A stretch of 32,000 nucleotides of DNA from Vibrio vulnificus CMCP6 (GTDB taxonomy: Bacteria > Pseudomonadota > Gammaproteobacteria > Enterobacterales > Vibrionaceae), in assembly GCF_000039765.1 (NCBI RefSeq), contig NC_004460.2:1740001-1772000 (forward strand). The letters run 5' to 3'. Below the pieces are notes generated by a model. That model was not told the origin of the DNA. It saw only the letters and a program-made list of their open reading frames with translations, and did no database searches. This document shows positions 24,679 through 32,000 of this stretch, in pieces. The position numbers and the translations under genes were made by a program. The stretch's first letter is position 1. Each line of letters opens with the position of its first letter.

Positions 24679-25092
24679 TTATTGTGGTTGATCGGTGAGG
24701 AGCTGAGTGGCTTTAATGCCTTTTTCTTGCAAGAAAGCTAATAGGGTGACCAAGTGTTGAATGTCTGCCGTTTTATCAGCGCCGATGACAACGGGTTTGT
24801 CCGAATTTTTTGTCTCTTCCGTTAAGGCCAAAGTGAAGTTTTGCCAGTCGAGGTAGCGTTGACCATTGATTGCCCAATGTGGCTCGTTGGCTAAGATGTT
24901 GATGGTGAGCGATTGTTTATCTACTGGAGAAACCACTTTTGAATCGCTGCTGGGTAAATTGACATCGATAGATTCCAGTTTCACTGCCGCTGTTAACATT
25001 AGAAACACCATCACAATGAAAATGATGTCGAGCAATGGTGTTAAGTCTGGAGTTAATCCTGAGTCTTGATGACTTTGAGGCACTTTAATCAT
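24679..25092 (-). CDS. exbD1: TonB-system energiser ExbD
   Basis: 137 aa from ATG 25092 (MIKVPQSHQD...LTPLLDIIFIVMVFLM, the ExbD/TolR signature). The start overlaps the exbB stop by 8 nt (ATGATTAA). The track ORF extends 18 codons upstream. Confidence 0.9.
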   Translation of the reverse strand: MIKVPQSHQDSGLTPDLTPLLDIIFIVMVFLMLTAAVKLESIDVNLPSSDSKVVSPVDKQSLTINILANEPHWAINGQRYLDWQNFTLALTEETKNSDKPVVIGADKTADIQHLVTLLAFLQEKGIKATQLLTDQPQ

Positions 25093-25777
25093 GGGCGGTA
25101 ACCTGCAGCTTGTTTTGCTCTGAAATATGCTTGCCCGGCGAAACATGTTGAAGTGACACCCCCTCTAACCAGAGGTTGACGTAGTTTAAGCTATGTTCCA
25201 GTTTGGACATGACGCGATCCGCCCATAAGCCGAGCAATTGCGCGCTGGCAATGGCAGGAAGCGCAATCAAAAGCCCGGCTGCGGTGGTTCTCATCGCCAG
25301 CCCTAAGCCTTCCGCAAGATCATTGGGGGTGATGTTGCCACTGGACGCCGCCACGCCTTTAAACATCTCTATCAGACCAAGAACGGTCCCTAATAAGCCG
25401 AGCAGTGGGCTGATCACGCCAATTAATGTCAGCAGACGCAAACCGGAATGAAGTTGGTGACGTTTTTCCTGTAACCACATCCCAGCGGCATCTTCGCGTA
25501 ACGATTTAGCAAAGTCGTGATGTGCTAAAAGCATGGCAACCCCACGGTAGAGCAACGGACGTTTGTTTGATAAAGCTTGTGCAAGTTGCTCAATCTGTTG
25601 GCTATTCGTCGGTGAAATCGTACTGAGTTGGCGGCGTATAGCACTTTTGCCGACACCAATACTTAAGGCGACCTGAATCAGACGCTCGATGACGATCATC
25701 ACCGTCACCGCGGAGCAGAGAATTAACGGCCAAGTCATTAGGCCAAGTTGGTTTTGTAGTTCTAGTAGTTGTTGCAT
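25085..25777 (-). CDS. exbB1: TonB-system proton channel ExbB (MotA/TolQ/ExbB family)
   Basis: 230 aa from ATG 25777 (MQQLLELQNQLGLMTWPLILCS). C-terminal block GLLGTVLGLIEMF...GLGLAMRTTAAGL. It begins 2 nt after the tonB stop. The track ORF extends 28 codons upstream into tonB. Confidence 0.9.
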   Translation of the reverse strand: MQQLLELQNQLGLMTWPLILCSAVTVMIVIERLIQVALSIGVGKSAIRRQLSTISPTNSQQIEQLAQALSNKRPLLYRGVAMLLAHHDFAKSLREDAAGMWLQEKRHQLHSGLRLLTLIGVISPLLGLLGTVLGLIEMFKGVAASSGNITPNDLAEGLGLAMRTTAAGLLIALPAIASAQLLGLWADRVMSKLEHSLNYVNLWLEGVSLQHVSPGKHISEQNKLQVTAHD

Positions 25778-25779
25778 GG

Positions 25780-26502
25780 TTAGTCCAAAGAAAATCGAAC
25801 GGGAACTCTTACTCGAGAAGGCATTTTTTGACCATTCTCTGCGTGAGGGGTAAATTTCCACTGCTGAATGGCTTTTCGAGCTGCGTCATCAAGCATTTTT
25901 GCGCCACTCGACGTGATCAACAGTAACTGGGTTAGTTTTCCTTGCTCATCAATCCACAATTCAAACAAGGCAGTGCCTTCAATCCCCCGCTTTTGTGCGA
26001 CTCGAGGATATTTCGGCTGAACGGGTTTTTCCATGAAGCTCGGCTTTTCTATCAGCGTCGGTTGGCTACTGACTCCTTGAGAAGCGGAACTGGCTGGTTT
26101 GTCATTGTCCGCACCTTTTGGCGTTTTATGTTCCACGGGTTCTGGCTGCTCCACAGGCGTTGACTCCGCAGGTTTCGTGCTGCTCTTGTTTTCGACCACG
26201 GGTTTTTCTAAAGACGCTTTCTTTGGGGTAGTCGGTTTGGGTTTCACCACTTCTTTCTTTGGCTCTACTGGCTTTTTGGGTTTTGGTTTAGCGGGTGGTT
26301 TGGTCTCTTCTTTTGGCTCAACGTTTTTTTCCACCACGTTATTGGAGGAAGGGGGAGGATTGGAGACCAAATTTAATGAGACGGATGCAGAGTCGCTACC
26401 CGCATTGGTTTGAAAAATGACGGCTTGCTCTTTGGCTGAGATGAACGCCGCATGCAACATCAACGAGAGCGAACCCGCAAAAAGATATCTGGGTAAATTC
26501 AT
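25780..26502 (-). CDS. tonB1: TonB energy transducer (heme-linked TonB1 type)
   Basis: 240 aa. It has an N-terminal anchor, a Pro/Lys/Glu-rich spacer (KPPAKPKPKKPVEPKKEVVKPKPTTPKK) and a C-terminal TonB domain (YPRVAQKRGIEGTALFELWIDEQGK). Confidence 0.9.
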   Translation of the reverse strand: MNLPRYLFAGSLSLMLHAAFISAKEQAVIFQTNAGSDSASVSLNLVSNPPPSSNNVVEKNVEPKEETKPPAKPKPKKPVEPKKEVVKPKPTTPKKASLEKPVVENKSSTKPAESTPVEQPEPVEHKTPKGADNDKPASSASQGVSSQPTLIEKPSFMEKPVQPKYPRVAQKRGIEGTALFELWIDEQGKLTQLLLITSSGAKMLDDAARKAIQQWKFTPHAENGQKMPSRVRVPVRFSLD

Positions 26503-26536
26503 GATGCTGTTGTTCCGAAAAGCTAAATCTGGGCGA

Positions 26537-26590
26537 GATTATCACTTACATTGCAAATAAGATCAATTATCAATTGCATTATCATTTAAC
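26537..26590. promoter_or_regulatory. Putative overlapping Fur boxes in the tonB1 / hutW divergent promoter
   Basis: The AT-rich tract contains three xATTATC hexamers (26537-26543, 26565-26571, 26577-26583). Two 19-mers (26553-26571, 26565-26583) each match GATAATGATAATCATTATC at about 12 of 19 positions. Fur control of this divergent promoter is established in V. cholerae. Confidence 0.6.
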
Positions 26591-26656
26591 TAATTTTATG
26601 ATCGCATCAGTTTTAGAGTTTAACCCGCTAAGCCTTATACTGCGGGGAATAAGCGA

Positions 26657-28036
26657 GTGAATATGACGCTTACATTAGATAAGTATGATCAATCCATTAT
26701 CGGTATTGATACCCCCGATCCGTTGCGTTTTGCCTTCGCTCAAAAACACTCAGCTCACGCTGGTGGAATGAGTCGACCATTAAACCCATCTCAATTGGTG
26801 GAACAGTTTAATACGTTGACCCAAAGTAATGAGTTTTCGCGCAAAAAACGCTGTTTGTATATCCACATTCCGTTTTGCCGTGTGCGTTGTACCTTCTGTA
26901 ACTTCTTCCAAAATGCGGCCAGTCGCCAACTGGTTGATGGTTATTTCGAAGCACTGCTGAAAGAAATTGCGATTAAATCGGCGCTGCCATGGACACAAAG
27001 TGGTGTGTTCCATGCTGTGTACGTTGGCGGCGGTACGCCTACTGACCTTTCTCCTGCCCAAGTAAGGCAGTTGGGAGAGGCGATTCGAAGCCATTTTCCA
27101 CTTTCTGCTGATTGTGAAATCACGCTGGAAGGGCGTATTAATCGCTTTAGCGACGAGATGTACGATGGCGCGATGAAAGGCGGCTTTAACCGCTTTTCAT
27201 TTGGTGTACAGAGCTTTGATACCTTGGTGCGCCGCAGTGCGAAGCGATTAGATGACCGAGAGAAAGTGCTCACGCGTCTCAGTGAGTTAGCCAGTTACGA
27301 TCAAGCACCAGTGATCGTTGATCTCCTATATGGCTTACCACATCAAACTCGTGACATCTTGTTGCAAGATCTCAACGATTTCATCTCAACGGGTGCGCAC
27401 GGTTTGGACTTATACCAGTTGGTGGTGGGTGGCAGTGCGCCTATGTTGAATTTGGTGGAGAAGGGCAAGCTACCTCCTCCCGCGACAACGCCTGATAAAG
27501 CCAGCATGTATGAGATTGGAGTGAACTTTATGCGCCAGCATCATCTCAAACAACTGAGTGTCAACCACTGGGCGACGGATAACCGCGAGCGCAGCCTCTA
27601 CAATAGTTTGGCCAAGACCTACGCAGAAGTTTTGCCTATTGGTTGCGGTGCTGGTGGCTCTATTGGTGGTTACGGCATGATGCAACATCGTAGCCTCGAC
27701 GCCTATATGGCGGCGATAAACCACGGCCAGCTTCCCCTTATGATGATGACACAGCAACATCCGTTAGAGGCGATTTTCGCCGCGTTGAAATCTGGATTTG
27801 ATCGCGGTGTTGTGATGGCAGATAAGCTGCCTGAGTTCATGGGCGACAACGTCTTTGATTTTCTTCAACCTCTATTCCGACTTTGGCAAGAGAGAGGGTT
27901 GGTTGAACTGAATGAGCGTAGTGCCACATTGACGTTGGCAGGCAGTTTTTGGGCCGTTTCCTTGGCACAAGCGTGTATTCAAATACTAAGCTCTGAGTAT
28001 CAAAGTGCTCATCAGACACAAGCCATCGCACAGTAG
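26657..28036 (+). CDS. hutW: Radical-SAM HemN-like protein HutW (ChuW-type anaerobic heme-degrading enzyme family)
   Basis: 459 aa with the CxxxCxxC cluster motif CRVRCTFCNF and the HemN-like core (VYVGGGTPT). GTG start at 26657 (GGGGA 8 nt upstream); alternative ATG at 26663. Confidence 0.92.
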   Translation: MNMTLTLDKYDQSIIGIDTPDPLRFAFAQKHSAHAGGMSRPLNPSQLVEQFNTLTQSNEFSRKKRCLYIHIPFCRVRCTFCNFFQNAASRQLVDGYFEALLKEIAIKSALPWTQSGVFHAVYVGGGTPTDLSPAQVRQLGEAIRSHFPLSADCEITLEGRINRFSDEMYDGAMKGGFNRFSFGVQSFDTLVRRSAKRLDDREKVLTRLSELASYDQAPVIVDLLYGLPHQTRDILLQDLNDFISTGAHGLDLYQLVVGGSAPMLNLVEKGKLPPPATTPDKASMYEIGVNFMRQHHLKQLSVNHWATDNRERSLYNSLAKTYAEVLPIGCGAGGSIGGYGMMQHRSLDAYMAAINHGQLPLMMMTQQHPLEAIFAALKSGFDRGVVMADKLPEFMGDNVFDFLQPLFRLWQERGLVELNERSATLTLAGSFWAVSLAQACIQILSSEYQSAHQTQAIAQ

Positions 28037-28107
28037 TGGCGTGTTCGCCTAACGCTTATAGGTCAGGCGGAAAAACATCAATGAATCGATAATTTGTAGG
28101 AAAGAAG

Positions 28108-28611
28108 ATGAATTCTCTGCAACAACAAGTGGCTGAACTGCTACAACAAGAACCCACGTTATTACCCGCAGCGATGGCAGAACGCCTAAGCGTAACAGAG
28201 CTCGACATCGTTCAGTCTCTCCCTCAGGATATGGCTGTTTTGGTTAAGGGGGAGCTCGCGCAATCCATTTTAGAGAACCTGGTTGATTTTGGCCCAGTGA
28301 CAACCATCGTACACGCGTTCGGCTCGATTTTTGAGGTGAAAGCGCCCTTCCCTAAAGGGAAAGAGGCCAGAGGCTATTACAACCTAATGGGCAAACAGGG
28401 TGAGCTGCACGGCCATCTCAAGTTGGACAATGTTGTTGCAGTGGCTTTAGTCAGCAAGCCATTCATGGGGAAAGAAAGCCACTACTTTGGTTTCTTTTCG
28501 GCCTCTGGTGAGAACATTTTTAAGATCTATTTGGGTCGCGATGAAAAACGTGAACTGTTCCCAGAGCAAGTGGCACGTTTTAAATCAATGCAAAATGAGT
28601 TTGCTCAATAA
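28108..28611 (+). CDS. hutX: Cytoplasmic heme carrier protein HutX (ChuX family)
   Basis: 167 aa in the middle position of the conserved hutW-hutX-hutZ arrangement. The call is by synteny plus family resemblance. Confidence 0.88.
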   Translation: MNSLQQQVAELLQQEPTLLPAAMAERLSVTELDIVQSLPQDMAVLVKGELAQSILENLVDFGPVTTIVHAFGSIFEVKAPFPKGKEARGYYNLMGKQGELHGHLKLDNVVAVALVSKPFMGKESHYFGFFSASGENIFKIYLGRDEKRELFPEQVARFKSMQNEFAQ

Positions 28612-28649
28612 TATCAATCTAATAACAACAAAAATTCGAGGAGAAAGTC

Positions 28650-29180
28650 ATGGATCAGCAGGTAAAACAAGAAAGGTTACAAGGTCGCCTAGAGCCGGAA
28701 ATTAAAGAGTTTCGTCAGGAGCGTCAAACCTTGCAACTTGCGACGGTAGACGCGGATGGCCGTCCAAACGTCAGTTATGCGCCTTTTGTACAGAATCAAG
28801 AAGGCTACTTTGTTTTGATCTCGAAAATCGCACGTCATGCCCGTAACCTGCTTGAAAACCCGCAAGTGTCTTTGATGATGATCGAAGATGAGGAAGGCGC
28901 TAAGCAGCTTTTTGCGCGTAAGCGTTTGACCTTTGATGCGGTAGCGAGTGTGATTGAGCGTGATACTCAGCTTTGGCATCAAGTGATTACTCAAATGGAA
29001 GAGCGTTTTGGCGAAATTGTTTCAGGCTTAAGTCAACTGGAAGATTTTGTTTTGTTTAACCTTAAGGCGGAACGTGGCCTATTTGTAAAAGGCTTTGGTC
29101 AGGCGTACCAAGTGTCTGGCGATGATCTGGTTGATTTTGTCCACCTTCAAGAGGGGCATCGTAAGATCTCCAACGGATAA
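28650..29180 (+). CDS. hutZ: Heme-degrading/heme-utilisation protein HutZ (HugZ family, PNPOx-like split barrel)
   Basis: 176 aa. RBS GAGGAG. The sequence closely resembles my recollection of V. cholerae HutZ (MDQQVKQERLQGRLEPEIKEFRQER...GHRKISNG). Confidence 0.92.
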   Translation: MDQQVKQERLQGRLEPEIKEFRQERQTLQLATVDADGRPNVSYAPFVQNQEGYFVLISKIARHARNLLENPQVSLMMIEDEEGAKQLFARKRLTFDAVASVIERDTQLWHQVITQMEERFGEIVSGLSQLEDFVLFNLKAERGLFVKGFGQAYQVSGDDLVDFVHLQEGHRKISNG

Positions 29181-29228
29181 CGAATGCGAGTCTGAACGCG
29201 TCAGATTCTCCAACTTAGATTCTCCAAC
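29164..29228 (+). repeat. Three direct copies of AGAT(T)CTCCAAC spanning the hutZ stop region
   Basis: AGATCTCCAAC is at 29164-29174, inside the last hutZ codons (KISNG). AGATTCTCCAAC is at 29203-29214 and again at 29217-29228. Confidence 0.6.
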
Positions 29229-29236
29229 AAAGACAA

Positions 29237-29265
29237 GGGAGCTCAGTTATACTGACTCCCTTTTT
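29237..29265 (+). terminator. Rho-independent terminator after hutZ
   Basis: GGGAG(C)TCAGT (29237-29247) pairs with ACTGACTCCC (29251-29260), with one bulge and a 3-nt loop, followed by TTTTT. Confidence 0.8.
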
Positions 29266-29285
29266 CAATGGCGAAATAACAAATA

Positions 29286-29819
29286 ATGAAACCTGTATCC
29301 AAGCAGCTTGATGAACTTTGCTACCCCTTTATTTATGAAGACAGCCCCGTCTGTGATTTTGAGATCAGTGCCGATGAACTTTGCAGTCGAGTTGGCTTGT
29401 TGCTGACCATGGATTTGCCGGAGCTTGTTCGTGATGTTCTGACGCGAGTTCAACCGAACATTTATCACCTAAATGGCTCCGTACGAGGAAAGTTGGCCAT
29501 TGATGAAGCGATGATTGCTGAGCTCAAACAGGACTACCAAACACTACGTAATGAATTAAATGGTGGCTTCGTTGGATTTGTTCTTCCGGGTGGTCATGCG
29601 GTGTCTGCTCAGTTGCATCTATGTCGATGCCAAGCAAAGAAGGTGGTGAGAGCATTGGTGATGATTGAACATTCGGCGAAGAAATCACCTGAGGCGATTT
29701 TATTTCGCTATGGCAATCTATTAGCAAATGTCATGTATGCCTTGGCTTCTTACACCAATCAATATTATCAGGTGCAAGAAACCGAGTTTGTCAGCAAAAG
29801 TTATTCAATGCCTAAATAA
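29286..29819 (+). CDS. PduO-type ATP:cob(I)alamin adenosyltransferase-fold protein lacking the canonical N-terminal ATP motif
   Basis: 177 aa. Blocks shared with PduO-type enzymes: ADELCSRVG (DELxSxxG), GFVLPGG...AQLHLCR (FILPGG...LHxAR) and a C-terminal helix. The N-terminal TKxGDxGxT motif is replaced by IYEDSPVCDFE. No SD; the ATG is 21 nt after the hutZ terminator. Confidence 0.72.
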   Translation: MKPVSKQLDELCYPFIYEDSPVCDFEISADELCSRVGLLLTMDLPELVRDVLTRVQPNIYHLNGSVRGKLAIDEAMIAELKQDYQTLRNELNGGFVGFVLPGGHAVSAQLHLCRCQAKKVVRALVMIEHSAKKSPEAILFRYGNLLANVMYALASYTNQYYQVQETEFVSKSYSMPK

Positions 29820-29839
29820 GCCAGCAAAAGCTGCTGCGA

Positions 29840-30763
29840 TTAAACTGCGGCAGTTTGGCTTCTCGCTTGTTCCAGTGATTTGGCACCACGCAGCATCGCT
29901 TCAATCAGCTCGCCAGCATTAAATTTTTCTAACGCTTCGTGTGCCCCGACCTGGTGAGCGCGATCAACACAAATTTCACTGGATAATGAGGTGTGCAAAA
30001 TACGATAGGAGCGGTTTAACGCCGGATCATTTTGCACTTCAAACGCCAATTCATAGCCATCCAATCCGGGCATTTCGATATCGCTTACAAGCAAATCGAA
30101 TGGGCGACCGCGTCCAGCTTCAACTCGCATCAGCTCCAATGCATCTAAGCCGTTTTTACAGATCTGATAACCGATGTTGATACCGTCGAGCGCATCACTC
30201 AATTGTTTTCGAGCAATAGAGGAGTCATCGACAAGTAGAATGTTCAGCGCTTTGAGACGTTCACGTTCCACATCGGTCAACATTGGAATATTGGCGTTCT
30301 CGTATTGCGGATAAATCTTCGAAAGCAATAACTCCACGTCCAGCATTTGCACGATTTCGTTGTTATAGCGCGTGATGCCAGTGACGAACACGTTATGACC
30401 CGCGCTGGCAGGTGGGGTTTCAATCGAGCGCCAATCGCAATCGATGATCTTTTCAATCGAGCGCACCATGAAAGCCACAACGGTACGTAAGCAGTCTGTT
30501 ACGATCAAATAGCTATTTTTGTATTCCGATTTGTCGATCGGGCGAAAACCAATCGCAGCGGACATGTCGATAACGGGCACGGTGAGGTTACGAATCGTGA
30601 CGGTGCCGACCACGTGACGATGAGAGTAAGGTATTTGTGTCGTCGGCATGTATGGCACGATCTCCCTAACTTTGAGCGTACCAATAGCAAAATTTTGCTT
30701 TAAGGTCAGTTTGAAGACCAGCATTCCTTGCGATTGATTAGCCTTACTTGGGGTTTTAGCCAT
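29840..30763 (-). CDS. cheV: Chemotaxis coupling protein CheV (CheW domain plus receiver domain)
   Basis: 307 aa. An N-terminal CheW-like domain is followed by a receiver with LLVDDSSIARKQL and DLLVSDIEMPGLDG. Confidence 0.93.
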   Translation of the reverse strand: MAKTPSKANQSQGMLVFKLTLKQNFAIGTLKVREIVPYMPTTQIPYSHRHVVGTVTIRNLTVPVIDMSAAIGFRPIDKSEYKNSYLIVTDCLRTVVAFMVRSIEKIIDCDWRSIETPPASAGHNVFVTGITRYNNEIVQMLDVELLLSKIYPQYENANIPMLTDVERERLKALNILLVDDSSIARKQLSDALDGINIGYQICKNGLDALELMRVEAGRGRPFDLLVSDIEMPGLDGYELAFEVQNDPALNRSYRILHTSLSSEICVDRAHQVGAHEALEKFNAGELIEAMLRGAKSLEQARSQTAAV

Positions 30764-30930
30764 GGGTATACCTTGTTTTGAAATTCTAACGCTTCAATCT
30801 TACTTTATAATTCTAGTCCAGCAAGGGCTAAAGCGAAGTTAAAGCGTATGGTCGTGTGTTTAGATCAAATTAATGACCGATACCTGCCTTTAGGTTACAC
30901 TTGCGCGTTTTTTATTTTAGGGGGTGTCTG

Positions 30931-31209
30931 ATGGCCAACACAGCAGCAGCGCTTCACATTTTGGTGAAGCATAAAGAGCAAGCGGAAGATATTATCGCTC
31001 AGTTGAAGAAAGGAGCGAAATTTCATGTGCTTGCGAAGAAGCATTCACTTTGCCCTTCGGGCAAACGTGGCGGTGACCTCGGTGAATTCAAACGTGGCCA
31101 GATGGTACCCCAGTTCGATAAAGTTTGCTTTACTGGTGAAGTTTTGACGCCACACTTAGTGAAAACCAAGTTCGGTTGGCACGTGTTGAAGGTGTTGTAC
31201 AGAACCTAA
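30931..31209 (+). CDS. ppiC: Parvulin-type peptidyl-prolyl cis-trans isomerase C
   Basis: 92 aa from ATG 30931 (RBS AGGGGG). It is near-collinear with E. coli PpiC (AAALHILVK...[22 protein letters not shown]...FG.H..KVLYR). The track ORF starts at an upstream TTG. Confidence 0.95.
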   Translation: MANTAAALHILVKHKEQAEDIIAQLKKGAKFHVLAKKHSLCPSGKRGGDLGEFKRGQMVPQFDKVCFTGEVLTPHLVKTKFGWHVLKVLYRT

Positions 31210-31288
31210 CGCCCTAACTTGCTATTGATTGAATGCTTTATTCTCGGCCGGTAACAAGTGGTGGGTATTGCAAATAAACCAAGTTAAG

Positions 31289-31312
31289 ACGCAGCCAGTT
31301 GGCTGCGTTTTT
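31289..31312 (+). terminator. Rho-independent terminator about 80 nt after ppiC
   Basis: ACGCAGCC (31289-31296) and GGCTGCGT (31301-31308) form the stem with loop AGTT, followed by a T-run to 31312. Confidence 0.8.
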
Positions 31313-31441
31313 GCGTTTATAGCTTTTGGAAAACGCCTCCCATCCCTCGATAAAAAATGAGCTATTTCGGGATCTTATCGACACTTTTTTCGTTAGAGAT
31401 CGCTATGCTAAAGATAACGCATTGCGCAAAAGGGTGAGGCT

Positions 31442-31867
31442 ATGAAATACAAACATATCTTGGTTGCCTTGGAGATTTCAGACGACAGCACCGTGCTGAT
31501 TGACCGAGCCGTTGAAATGGCGAACTACTTTGATTCAGAAATTTCCTTTATCCACATTGATGGGACTCATGGGGAGATTTATCGTGAACTCATCGACTTG
31601 AATGTCGATCCGACGCAAAGGCCGCTCACAGAACATTCAATGGAGTGTTTAAGAAGCTTTAGCGATTATATGGAATATCCATTGAAACACTTTTTTGTCG
31701 GGACTGGCGATCTAGGCGACAAACTTGAAGTCACCATCAAAGAGCACGAAGTTGATCTACTTATCTGCGGTCATCACCATAACTTCTGGAGCAAGATCAT
31801 CTCGTATTCAAGAACGTTGGTGAACAAATCTCCCGTGGATATTTTGGTGGTGCCAATCTTCGATTAG
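31442..31867 (+). CDS. Universal stress protein (UspA family, single domain)
   Basis: 141 aa. The N-terminus YKHILVALEISDDS and C-terminal DLLICGHH...SPVDILVVP are typical Usp-domain patterns. Confidence 0.87.
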   Translation: MKYKHILVALEISDDSTVLIDRAVEMANYFDSEISFIHIDGTHGEIYRELIDLNVDPTQRPLTEHSMECLRSFSDYMEYPLKHFFVGTGDLGDKLEVTIKEHEVDLLICGHHHNFWSKIISYSRTLVNKSPVDILVVPIFD

Positions 31868-31885
31868 CCAAGCCATGATCCTAAG

Positions 31886-31913
31886 AGCCGCCTGCTAAAC
31901 AGGCGGCTTTTTT
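31886..31913 (+). terminator. Rho-independent terminator after the usp gene
   Basis: AGCCGCCTG (31886-31894) and CAGGCGGCT (31900-31908) form the stem with loop CTAAA, followed by TTTTTT. Confidence 0.85.
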
Positions 31914-32000
31914 GTTGTGGTGAGTGGCTAGCAAAGCATCATCCAGTCGAAAATCGATTTTTGTATTCTCACCGAGTGTGACTTGTGCGGCATTTCTGGT

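Noticed and set aside
25093-25861. Long N-terminal extensions of the exbD (to 25146) and exbB (to 25861) track ORFs. Similar extensions occur on pyrC (to 13310), the MOSC gene (from 13478), the M14 gene (to 9931) and ppiC (from 30901).
   Set aside because: The extensions overlap the upstream gene or lack an RBS. Internal ATGs give family-typical N-termini and tight operon junctions, or proper SD sequences.
29818-29861. Small hairpins between the PduO-like gene stop and the cheV stop (CAGC-AAAA-GCTG; AAACT-GCGGC-AGTTT; outer AAGCCA/TGGCTT).
   Set aside because: The stems are short with no clear U-tract on either strand, and they partly lie inside cheV coding sequence. This is not convincing as a terminator.
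31915-32000. Open minus-strand frames running off the right edge. One reads ...QVTLGENTKIDFRLDDALLATHHN, vaguely like a Crp/Fnr-family C-terminus.
   Set aside because: Fewer than 40 codons are visible and two frames are open. The better-looking frame would read through the usp terminator hairpin before stopping. I cannot call a gene from this.
1-32000. Searched by eye for mobile elements, integron attC/VCR-like repeats, CRISPR arrays, toxin-antitoxin pairs, defence-system hallmarks (nucleases, helicases, methyltransferases, reverse transcriptases), tRNA and rRNA.
   Set aside because: None were found. Every ORF over 90 aa that I accept has a housekeeping, transport, regulatory or unknown small-protein character. 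No long direct or inverted repeats flank any segment.

Overview
The window is a contiguous, gene-dense stretch of about 40 CDS from a Vibrionaceae-type chromosome. GC looks mid-40s % by eye. Gene content and order resemble the small chromosome of the Vibrio cholerae clade, but I cannot confirm the species without a search.

Left to right the window contains:
- The maltose regulon core: malK divergent from malE-malF-malG, across a 669-bp control region full of MalT-like boxes.
- A candidate sRNA unit after malG.
- A block of housekeeping and accessory genes: acyl-CoA thioesterase, EamA transporter with a divergent AraC regulator, M14 peptidase, DUF808/YedI, and a 7-TM GGEEF diguanylate cyclase.
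- pyrC with a PurR-like box.
- A MOSC-FNR-ferredoxin fusion protein.
- nadE divergent from a small NMN/NaMN adenylyltransferase-like gene.
- A less conserved-looking set: a secreted 159-aa protein, a degenerate AraC-like protein, a PlsC-type acyltransferase, a secreted 20-residue-repeat protein, a DUF1496-like protein, a YfcZ-like protein and a short TetR.
- The Fur-type heme locus: tonB1-exbB1-exbD1-hutBCD divergent from hutWXZ.
- A PduO-fold protein, cheV, ppiC and a Usp gene.

I saw no rRNA, tRNA, CRISPR array, transposase, integrase or recognisable defence or prophage genes. I did not find convincing evidence for a new multi-gene system. The best leads for novelty are:
- A PduO-type adenosyltransferase-fold protein that lacks the N-terminal ATP motif and sits directly behind hutWXZ.
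- A signal-peptide protein made of eight 20-residue LP-x-x-L-x-V-x-G repeats (seven complete, one truncated).
- A self-sufficient MOSC-FNR-2Fe2S fusion next to pyrC.
- An orphan terminator-bounded unit after malG, which may be a MicX-like sRNA.
- Two large non-coding regions.

All family calls are from motif and similarity recognition by eye. No database search was run.
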